Positions 49,514 to 57,496 of a DNA stretch of 64,000 nt are shown here, one piece after another. The DNA is taken from the IMG/VR virus record IMGVR_UViG_3300044733_000695, positions 1-64,000 of that record; one strand, 5' to 3'. The translations under genes and the position numbers were made by a program. Source of the stretch: a virus. The notes under the pieces were generated by a model. That model saw only the letters and a list, made by a program, of their open reading frames with translations. It made no database searches and was not told the origin of the DNA. Numbering within the stretch: the stretch's first letter is position 1; each line of letters starts with the position of its first letter.

Positions 49514-51604
49514 ATGGACCCGATCACTCTCGCCGCTCAGCTCGAGCGGCTCCCATCCGCCTGGGCGCTTGTAGCCGTCGGCAACGACAAGCGTCCCTAT
49601 CAGCCTGAATGGCAGAAGAATCCCATCTCGCGCGATCAACTCGCCGCTGAGATCACAGCCGGCCGTGCCGTTGCGATCGGTGTCCTTGCAGGTCCCCAAT
49701 CTGGTGGTCTGCTGTTCGTCGATCACGACGGCCTCGGCGCGTCCGAAGTCCTCGAGCAGATCGGCGCACCCCTTCGTGATCTCCCCAAATCCTGGGCGGT
49801 AACCTCTGGCCGCGATGGCCGGTTGCAGATCATCTACCAGGTCCCCGAACCGTTCTGGGCGACTATCAAGACAACTAAGCTCCGCAGCTCCATCAAAGGC
49901 GAGCAGCTCGAACTTCGCTGGTCCGGCTGTCAGTCCGTCGTGGCCGGCACCCATCCCATGACCGGCGCCTACCGCTGGCTCAAGGATCGATCACCTGATG
50001 ATCTGCCCATCGCAGAAGCGCCATCGGTCCTGCTGCAGCAGATGCAGCGCAAGCAGCCAGACCCAGCGCCCTTGCTGCAGCTTCCACAGCTACAGACACA
50101 AGCCGATCGGACCGATGAAGAGTGGGCGCGCATCTGGCTCGATGCGCTCAACTCATCACGCGCTGATGATTACGACTATTGGATCGAGGTCGGTCAATGC
50201 CTCCATTCAGTCGGTGATCACATGCTCGCGGACTGGGATGCCTGGTCCCGGCAATCCCCAAAGTGGGAAGCCAATGCCTGCGCCTATCACTGGGGCACTT
50301 TTAAGGCCGGCGGCAATCGCGACATTCGGCACCTCTGCAACCTCGCTAAGGAAGACGGCTGGCAGCCAAAATCACGCCATGAAAAAAGCCGCCCAGTCGC
50401 ACCGACCAAGCGGCTAAAGGCTGCATCCCACCCACAGGAGCATGACGCCAACAAGCCTACAGCGGCAGATGGCAAGCTCCTGAAGCTCGAATCGAACGAG
50501 CTGCTTGAACTGCTGCGTCAGCAACTCGGCGCTGCACTCCGCTGGAACCTGTTCACTTCAGCCATCGAACTCGATCAGAAGCCGGTCGAGCACATCGATC
50601 ACTTCTACCTGCAGCTTGCACAGCAGGGCGTCAAGGTATCCAAAGAACTCGCAGCAGACGCGATCCATGTCGTCGCGCTTGAGAACCCCTACGACCCCGT
50701 TCGCGAATATCTCGAGCACGTTGCCGATCACGTTCCCGCCACGTCGATCGAAAACCTCGCAACCGCTTACCTACGCCCCAAAGACGAACCAGGCAGTCTT
50801 TATGACGCCATGATCAAGGCGACCCTGATAGCCGCGGTCCGACGCATCTTTGAGCCCGGCTGCAAGCATGACTCGGCCTGCGTGCTCATGGGTCCGCAAG
50901 GCTGCGGCAAATCAACCTTCTGGCGCAACCTCGGCGGCCTCTGGTTCAGCGATGCTCTCCGCGACATCGGATCTAAGGATGACCTGATGGTCCTGCACCG
51001 CTCCTGGATCATGGAGTGGGCCGAGCTGGATCACATCACTGGCCGCAAGCACGCCGGGCAGATCAAGGCGTTCCTCACCCAGCAGACCGACATGTTCCGC
51101 GCGCCATACCAACGCGCAACTGAGTCGTTCCCACGCCGATCCATCATCGTCGGCTCCACCAACCGGGACACCGGCTTTTTGGTCGATGACACCGGCAACC
51201 GCCGCTTCTGGGTGATCCCTGTCACGGCCGCGCCGCACATTCCCGTCGATGGCCTGCTGCTCGAGCGCGATGCCATCTGGTCCGCAGCCGTCGCCGCCTA
51301 TCGCAACGGCGACCCCAACCACCTCAGCCGCGAGCACGCCCAGCAGGTGGACACCGAAAACGAAACCTATCTCGTTGACAGCCCATGGAAGGCGGCCATC
51401 CAGGAGTGGCTGACCAACCGCAGAAGCGTTGAACCAATCACCAGCGAGGCCATCCTGACCCAGGCGATCAACAAGCCGGTCGAGCGCCAAGGGCGCGCCG
51501 ACCAGATGCAGGTGGCCGGGATCCTGCGTGAACTTGGTTACGAAAAGAAGCGCGCATGGTTGGGAGGTAGGAACAAATGGGTGTTTGTCCAACCTCCAGG
51601 ATGA
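49514..51604 (+). CDS. Primase-polymerase / PriCT-2 / VapE-type helicase
   Basis: VDHDG, GPQGCGKST, DDTGNRRFW. Confidence 0.9.
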   Translation: MDPITLAAQLERLPSAWALVAVGNDKRPYQPEWQKNPISRDQLAAEITAGRAVAIGVLAGPQSGGLLFVDHDGLGASEVLEQIGAPLRDLPKSWAVTSGRDGRLQIIYQVPEPFWATIKTTKLRSSIKGEQLELRWSGCQSVVAGTHPMTGAYRWLKDRSPDDLPIAEAPSVLLQQMQRKQPDPAPLLQLPQLQTQADRTDEEWARIWLDALNSSRADDYDYWIEVGQCLHSVGDHMLADWDAWSRQSPKWEANACAYHWGTFKAGGNRDIRHLCNLAKEDGWQPKSRHEKSRPVAPTKRLKAASHPQEHDANKPTAADGKLLKLESNELLELLRQQLGAALRWNLFTSAIELDQKPVEHIDHFYLQLAQQGVKVSKELAADAIHVVALENPYDPVREYLEHVADHVPATSIENLATAYLRPKDEPGSLYDAMIKATLIAAVRRIFEPGCKHDSACVLMGPQGCGKSTFWRNLGGLWFSDALRDIGSKDDLMVLHRSWIMEWAELDHITGRKHAGQIKAFLTQQTDMFRAPYQRATESFPRRSIIVGSTNRDTGFLVDDTGNRRFWVIPVTAAPHIPVDGLLLERDAIWSAAVAAYRNGDPNHLSREHAQQVDTENETYLVDSPWKAAIQEWLTNRRSVEPITSEAILTQAINKPVERQGRADQMQVAGILRELGYEKKRAWLGGRNKWVFVQPPG

Positions 51605-51752
51605 GGTTGGAGAGTCCAGATCCATTCCCCTGCAGTCCTTTTACTAACCTTACTAACCTACTAACCTAGGTAATAAACCCAGGAGAGGGAGGGAGGGTAG
51701 GGGCGTTTTCCGTCTAAGTGCACCTAGGGGGGAGGTTGGATAGGTTGGCAGG
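51586..51752. repeat. Convergent C(C/T)AACC / GGTTGG short repeats, candidate origin
   Basis: tactaacct x3 and inverted aggttgg copies after the primase gene. Confidence 0.5.
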
Positions 51753-51788
51753 TGTATTACTCTGTTGCTGTATTGCATTGGTACTTCA

Positions 51789-52070
51789 ATGGGCACCTTC
51801 CGAGAGGTTGACGGGCGGACTGTCTGGATTGGTCGCAACACCTACGAGAAGCCCACATGGCCGCTCGGCTCGTTGGCTCCTGGTGATTCGTTCTTGATCC
51901 CCATGGATGACGGCGTTGATGCCACTGGTAGGACTGAGCCCGTAATCCGCGCATACATCACCCGCTACAGCCGGATGAACTGGATCAAGCACCACGTCCA
52001 CCGCGTCGATGGGGGGCTGCTCGTAATCCGCAGCACCAAGCCACACATCCGCTTGAGCGCCCTACGTTGA
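51789..52070 (+). CDS. Hypothetical protein
   Basis: WPLGSLAPGDSFLIP...GLLVIR. Confidence 0.55.
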   Translation: MGTFREVDGRTVWIGRNTYEKPTWPLGSLAPGDSFLIPMDDGVDATGRTEPVIRAYITRYSRMNWIKHHVHRVDGGLLVIRSTKPHIRLSALR

Positions 52071-52074
52071 ACCC

Positions 52075-52743
52075 ATGGCATCCATCACCCTCGACGCTGA
52101 TCTCTCAGGTGCTGCCAACTGGTCGGCGACCATGGCGCGGCAAATGCCATTTGCCACATCGGTTGCGCTCAACCGCACAGCGTTCGACATCCGCCAGGTC
52201 TTCAACTACGAAACCCTGCGCTTCTTTGATCGCCCTGTTCCGTTCACACAGCGAGCTTTCCTTGTCGACAGGAGCACCAAGCAGAACCTGGAGGCTGTGG
52301 TCTACGCCGAGGCTCGCCGGGCTCGATACCTGCGGTTTGGCATTGATGGCGGCCTGCGTCCCCAGAAGGGCCTGGAACGCAAGTTTCTGGGCCAGCAGGT
52401 GGGGAATGTCCCACCAGGGGCTCAGCTGCGCCCTACAGGGGCTCTGAGGCGTGACTCAGGGGGCAACGTGGGTCTGGCCACCATCCGATCGATCAGCGCC
52501 AAGGTGGGGACCAGTGGGCCTAACAGCGTGATGGTGGGCAAGCCACGCGGTGGGGCGCGTCCTGCTGGCATCTATCAGCGCACCCCAGCCGGCAAGCTCC
52601 GGCCTTTGTTCATTGCCGACCCTGGCCGAGCCGCCTACCGCGCCCGCTTCCCGATCGGTCAGATCGGCACCCAGGTGGCTGAGCAGCGCTTCATGGGCTA
52701 CCTGGTCAGCAGCCTGGAGCAGGCTCTGGCCACAGCCCGCTGA
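52075..52743 (+). CDS. Basic morphogenesis-type protein (tail completion/gpZ-like)
   Basis: QMPFATSVALNRTA...FDRPVPFT; upstream of terminase. Confidence 0.6.
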   Translation: MASITLDADLSGAANWSATMARQMPFATSVALNRTAFDIRQVFNYETLRFFDRPVPFTQRAFLVDRSTKQNLEAVVYAEARRARYLRFGIDGGLRPQKGLERKFLGQQVGNVPPGAQLRPTGALRRDSGGNVGLATIRSISAKVGTSGPNSVMVGKPRGGARPAGIYQRTPAGKLRPLFIADPGRAAYRARFPIGQIGTQVAEQRFMGYLVSSLEQALATAR

Positions 52744-52744
52744 G

Positions 52745-52980
52745 ATCCCTTGCGCCGCAAGGGGTTTGGGGCATGACCCCATCGGCTATGCCTTTGAGCG
52801 CATTGGGTCCTTTCCGGGCAAACCTCCGCGGGTCGTTCGCGCGCGCACGCTTTCTCTAGCGTCAGCGTTAACAACCCCTAAACCCTTGCGCCGCAATGAG
52901 TCTCAGTGAGTCTTACTTTGAGACACCCCGAGAGCGTTAAGCGCGGTTTAGCATCAGTTAACTAAGCCTAGCCGTCATTT
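52745..52980 (+). promoter_or_regulatory. Candidate cos packaging region with lambda cosQ-like site
   Basis: GGGTCCTTTCCGG at 52805..52817; repeated cccttgcgccgcaa; directly upstream of the terminase genes. Confidence 0.55.
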
Positions 52981-52984
52981 AACT

Positions 52985-53524
52985 TTGCTGGTCACGTTCT
53001 CCGAGTTCGCGGCAATCAAGGGCTGCACCAAGGCTGCGGTGACTCATGCAACAAAGAGTCGGATCGCTGCGGCGGTGGTTGAGCAAGACGGCAAGCGCTG
53101 GCTGGATCGTGACCTGGCGTTGGAGCTGTGGCGCAAGAACACGCTGAAGAACAACGCGGCGAAGGTGGACGAACCGGACCCGATCGAACCGCCACCACCA
53201 CCACGGGATGCGCAAGAGCTGCGGCGCCGGGTGGAGGGGTTGCCTGATGATGAGATCCCGGAGCTGAACGAGAGCCGTGCGCGGCGCGAGCATTACCAGG
53301 CGGAGCTGGCCAAGCTGGAAGTGGACTTGAAGCGCCGGGAGCTGGTGCCAGCGGTGGAAGTGCAGAAGGAAGCGTTCGCGTTGGGGCGCAGCGTGCGCGA
53401 GGCACTGGCTAACTTGGCTGACCGGTTGAGCCACCAGCTGGCGGGTGAGACGGACCCGGCACGGATCCATGCGGTGCTGACGGATGAGCACCGGGCGGCG
53501 TTGGTGGAGCTGAGCAATGGCTAA
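52985..53524 (+). CDS. Terminase small subunit (Nu1-like)
   Basis: N-terminal HTH, SRARREHYQAELAKLE coiled coil. Confidence 0.8.
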   Translation: MLVTFSEFAAIKGCTKAAVTHATKSRIAAAVVEQDGKRWLDRDLALELWRKNTLKNNAAKVDEPDPIEPPPPPRDAQELRRRVEGLPDDEIPELNESRARREHYQAELAKLEVDLKRRELVPAVEVQKEAFALGRSVREALANLADRLSHQLAGETDPARIHAVLTDEHRAALVELSNG

Positions 53525-55379
53525 TCCATGGCGCGATGGGTTCTTGGATGGGCTGCGGCCTGAAGATCCGCTGACGGTGAGCGAGTGGTCTGATCGTTAT
53601 CGGAAACTGAGCAGCAAGGCGAGTGCTGAACCTGGGCCATGGCGCACCAGCCGGACGCCTTACCTGCGCGAGCCGATGGATTGCCTGAGCAGCAACAACC
53701 CGATCCAGAGGGTGGTGATGATGTTTGCTGCGCAGACGGGCAAGACGGAGGCTGGCAGCAACTGGCTGGGTTATGTGATCGACCACGCACCGGGACCGAT
53801 GCTTTGCGTGCAGCCGACGGTGGAGATGGCGAAGCGGCTTAGCAAGCAGCGGCTCGAGAGCATGATCACCGACACGCCATGTTTGGCCGCGAAGATCGCG
53901 CCCAGCCGCAGCCGCGACAGCGGGAACACGATGTTCAGCAAAGAGTATGCAGGCGGGATCATGTTGCTGACCGGGGCCAACAGCGCCACTGGTCTGCGAT
54001 CGGCGCCGTGCCGCTACCTGTTCGCTGACGAGGTGGACGCCTTTCCTAGCGATGTGGACGGCGAGGGCGACCCGGTGGCACTGGCCGAGCGGCGGACGAC
54101 GACGTTCGCGCGTCGGAAGATCCTGCTGACCAGCACGCCAACGGTGAAGGACTTCAGCCGGATTGAGGCGGAGTACCTGCGCAGCGATCAGCGGCGGTTT
54201 TATGTGCCGTGTCCGAGCTGCGGCGGAATGCAGTGGTTGCAATGGCCGCGGCTGAAGTGGGATGCGAAGCGGCCGGGTGATGTGAGGTATCAGTGCGAGC
54301 ACTGCGGCGAGCGGTTTGAGGAGAACCACAAACCGGCGATGCTCGCGGCGGGCGAGTGGCGCGCGACCGCACCAAGCGATGGCAGGACGGCTGGGTTCCA
54401 GCTCAGTGGGCTTTACAGCCCGCTCGGGTGGTGCAGCTGGGAGCAACTGGTCGATGACTTCCTGCGGGCCAAGTCAGACGCGCCAGCGCTGAAGGCGTTT
54501 GTCAACACCCGGCTGGCTGAGACCTGGGAAGAGGACTATGCCGCGGCCGTGAGTGCTGATGGCTTGATGACCAAGCGGCTGGCGTATGAGTCGGGCACCT
54601 GCCCCGATGGCGTGGTGCTGCTGACGTGTGGCGTGGACGTGCAGGACAACCGGCTGGCGGTGAGCGTGTGGGGCTGGGGCGAGGGCGAGACGGGCTGGTT
54701 GATCTGGCACCAGGAGCTGATGGGCGACCCGACGCAGGTGGAGGTGTGGGGCCAACTGGATCAGGTGCTGGTAACTGAGTGGGCCACGGCTGCGGGCAAT
54801 GCGCTGAAGGTGTCGCAGGTGGCGGTGGACAGTGGCGGCCACTGCACCCATGAGGTGTATCGGTATGTACGCGATCGCGTACGGCAAAACGTGGTGGCGA
54901 TCAAGGGCAGCAGCAGACGCAACAGCCCAGCGGTGGGCAAGGGCAGCAAAGTGGATGTGAGCTGGCAGGGCCGGGTGCTGAAGCGTGGCGTGACGCTGTA
55001 TCAGCTGGGCACTGACACGATCAAGACAACCCTGTTCGGCCGGTTGCGGCATAACGAAGTGGGCGGCGTCGGGACGCTGCACTTCGGCATGGCTGCTGAT
55101 GAGGAGTACTTCAGGCAGTTGACCAGCGAGCGGCAGGCATTGCGTTATCACCGCGGGTTTCCGATCCGTGAGTGGGTGAAGAAAGCTGGTGATCGAAACG
55201 AGGCGCTGGATTGCGTGGTCTATGCCTACGCGGCGATGCTGCTGTTCTCGCGGCGGATGAACAAGGCGACGATGTGGCAGCAGCTGGCGGATCAGTTGGA
55301 GAACGGGAAGAAGGCGCCGCTAAGATCGAAACGGCAGCCGGCCTCTGCGGCTGCCAGTGGCTTTGTTACCAACTGGTAG
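53517..55379 (+). CDS. terL: Terminase large subunit (lambda gpA family)
   Basis: TPYLRE, AQTGKT, DEVD, STPT, GVDVQ, RNEALDC. Confidence 0.95.
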   Translation: MANPWRDGFLDGLRPEDPLTVSEWSDRYRKLSSKASAEPGPWRTSRTPYLREPMDCLSSNNPIQRVVMMFAAQTGKTEAGSNWLGYVIDHAPGPMLCVQPTVEMAKRLSKQRLESMITDTPCLAAKIAPSRSRDSGNTMFSKEYAGGIMLLTGANSATGLRSAPCRYLFADEVDAFPSDVDGEGDPVALAERRTTTFARRKILLTSTPTVKDFSRIEAEYLRSDQRRFYVPCPSCGGMQWLQWPRLKWDAKRPGDVRYQCEHCGERFEENHKPAMLAAGEWRATAPSDGRTAGFQLSGLYSPLGWCSWEQLVDDFLRAKSDAPALKAFVNTRLAETWEEDYAAAVSADGLMTKRLAYESGTCPDGVVLLTCGVDVQDNRLAVSVWGWGEGETGWLIWHQELMGDPTQVEVWGQLDQVLVTEWATAAGNALKVSQVAVDSGGHCTHEVYRYVRDRVRQNVVAIKGSSRRNSPAVGKGSKVDVSWQGRVLKRGVTLYQLGTDTIKTTLFGRLRHNEVGGVGTLHFGMAADEEYFRQLTSERQALRYHRGFPIREWVKKAGDRNEALDCVVYAYAAMLLFSRRMNKATMWQQLADQLENGKKAPLRSKRQPASAAASGFVTNW

Positions 55380-55382
55380 GTC

Positions 55383-55952
55383 GTGAACATCCCCAGCGAA
55401 ATCAGGGCCGGCGACACCATCCAGTGGAGGGATGTTCCTGGCGCTGACAATTTGGGGAATGCAATTGACAGCGGAAGTTGGACGCTGACCTACTACCTGC
55501 GGACGAACACGGCCAGCGAAGGCGCGACGGTAGTGGGCACGGCCTACGGCACTGGATGGGAGTTCACGATCGCCGCGGCTACCAGCACAGGCTTCGACGC
55601 TGGGCAATGGTTTTGGCAGGCGGTCGCGACCAAGACCGGCAGCACGGTCACGATAGGCTCGGGCCAGCTGATGGTTCTGCGAAGCCTTAGCTATAGCGGC
55701 ACGCCTGGCGCGGTTGATGGCCGATCGCAAGCGCAGAAGGATCTGGACGCGGTGCAGGCGGCGATCCGCGCGATCGTGGCTGGCGGTGTTGCCAAGGAGT
55801 ACACGATCGGCAACCGCAATCTGAAGAAGTACGACATGGCGGACTTGCTTCAGCTCGAGGCTAAGCTCAAAGCCGAGGTCAAGCGTGAGCAGATGGCGGA
55901 CCTGATCGCCAACGGGCTCGGCAACCCGCACAACCTATTCGTGAGGTTCTGA
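55383..55952 (+). CDS. Head-tail joining protein (extended gpW-like)
   Basis: C-terminal EYTIGNRNL....L; between terL and portal. Confidence 0.65.
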   Translation: MNIPSEIRAGDTIQWRDVPGADNLGNAIDSGSWTLTYYLRTNTASEGATVVGTAYGTGWEFTIAAATSTGFDAGQWFWQAVATKTGSTVTIGSGQLMVLRSLSYSGTPGAVDGRSQAQKDLDAVQAAIRAIVAGGVAKEYTIGNRNLKKYDMADLLQLEAKLKAEVKREQMADLIANGLGNPHNLFVRF

Positions 55953-57496
55953 TGGGTCTGCGCACGCGGCTATTCCGGGCGATGGGTTTTGAACCAGTGC
56001 GGCCGCAGCGGCGGGCGTATCAGGGCGCGCGCGTTAGCCGGCTGACCGCTGACTGGGTGACGAGCGGCACCAGCGCTGACAGCGAGATCAAGTCCAGCTT
56101 CAAGTCACTGCGCAATCGTGCGCGGCAGCTGGTGCGTGATAACGACTACGCCCGGCAGGCGGTGCGCGCGATCCAGAACAATGTGATCGGCCACGGCATC
56201 AAGCATCAGTCGCAGGTGCGGATGCTGCGCGGCGGGCAACTGGATGAGGCGATCAACGGCCAGATCCATGAGCAGTGGGAACGGTGGATGCATAAGAGCC
56301 GCTGTGATGTGAGCGGGCTGCTGGGCTTCCATGACATCGAGCGGTTGCTGGCGCGGAGCATGGCCGAGTCGGGCGAGGTGTTCGTGCGGATGATCCGCCG
56401 ACCGTTTGGTGATTCGCGGGTGCCGTTTGCGCTGCAGATCCTCGAGGCGGATTACCTGATCGATGACGACGTGCCGCAGGCAGCGGACGGCAACACGGTT
56501 CGGATGGGCATCGAGGTGGACGGCTACCTGCGGCCCCAGGCTTATCACTTCTACGCGAACCATCCTGGCGACACCTATGCGGGCAACCCGCGGACCAATG
56601 GCCGGCGGATCCGAGTTCCTGCTGATGAGGTGATTCATCTGTTCCTGCCGGAGCGGCCGGGCCAGACCAGGGGCGTGACGTGGTTCGCGTCGGCGTTGAT
56701 GCGGCTTCACATGCTGCAAGGCTATGAGGAGGCCGAGGTGGTGCGGGCGCGAGCCAGCAGCGCGCTGATGGGCTTCATCCAATCGCCTGAGGGCGAGCTG
56801 GTTGGGGATGAGATCTACGAAGGCGAGCGAGTTAGCGAGTTCAGTCCGGGCGTGTTCAAGTACCTGGCACCGGGCGAAAGCGTGACGGTTCCGGATCTGA
56901 ATGCACCTGATGGCCAGCTTGAGCCGTTCACGCGGTCGATGCTGCGGGCCGTGGCGGCTGGTGTTGGCGTCAGCTTTGAGAGCATCAGCAAGAACTTCAG
57001 CGAGAGCAATTACAGCAGCAGCCGGCTAAGCCTGCTCGAGGAGCGCGACACGTATCGGGTGCTGCAGCGGTACATGATCGAGAACTTCCACCAACCGGTC
57101 TTTGAGGCATGGCTCGAGATGGCGGTGCTTAGCGGTGCGCTGAACCTGCCGGGCTATGAGACCAATCCTGATCGTTACCGGGCCAGCCGTTGGATCCCGA
57201 GGAGCTGGGAATGGGTGGACCCACAGCGCGAAGTGGAGGCGTACAAGACAGCCGTGCGGTGTGGCTTCAAGACACTGGGCCAGGTGATCAGCGAGCAAGG
57301 CGGCGATCTGGATGATGTGCTGATCGCACGTCAGGCCGAGCTGGCGATGTTGGATGAGATGGGTATCGTGACAGACAGCGATCCGAGCGAGGTGACCGAG
57401 AGCGGCGTGGTGCATCCGATGCCAGTGCCTGAAACTGAGCCGCCGATGGATGATGAGGAAGAAGAGGACGACGAACCCCTCGAGCTGGACGACTGA
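55952..57496 (+). CDS. Portal protein, lambda family
   Basis: LRNRARQLVRDN, RPGQTRGV, NYSSSRL, WVDPQRE. Confidence 0.93.
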   Translation: MGLRTRLFRAMGFEPVRPQRRAYQGARVSRLTADWVTSGTSADSEIKSSFKSLRNRARQLVRDNDYARQAVRAIQNNVIGHGIKHQSQVRMLRGGQLDEAINGQIHEQWERWMHKSRCDVSGLLGFHDIERLLARSMAESGEVFVRMIRRPFGDSRVPFALQILEADYLIDDDVPQAADGNTVRMGIEVDGYLRPQAYHFYANHPGDTYAGNPRTNGRRIRVPADEVIHLFLPERPGQTRGVTWFASALMRLHMLQGYEEAEVVRARASSALMGFIQSPEGELVGDEIYEGERVSEFSPGVFKYLAPGESVTVPDLNAPDGQLEPFTRSMLRAVAAGVGVSFESISKNFSESNYSSSRLSLLEERDTYRVLQRYMIENFHQPVFEAWLEMAVLSGALNLPGYETNPDRYRASRWIPRSWEWVDPQREVEAYKTAVRCGFKTLGQVISEQGGDLDDVLIARQAELAMLDEMGIVTDSDPSEVTESGVVHPMPVPETEPPMDDEEEEDDEPLELDD

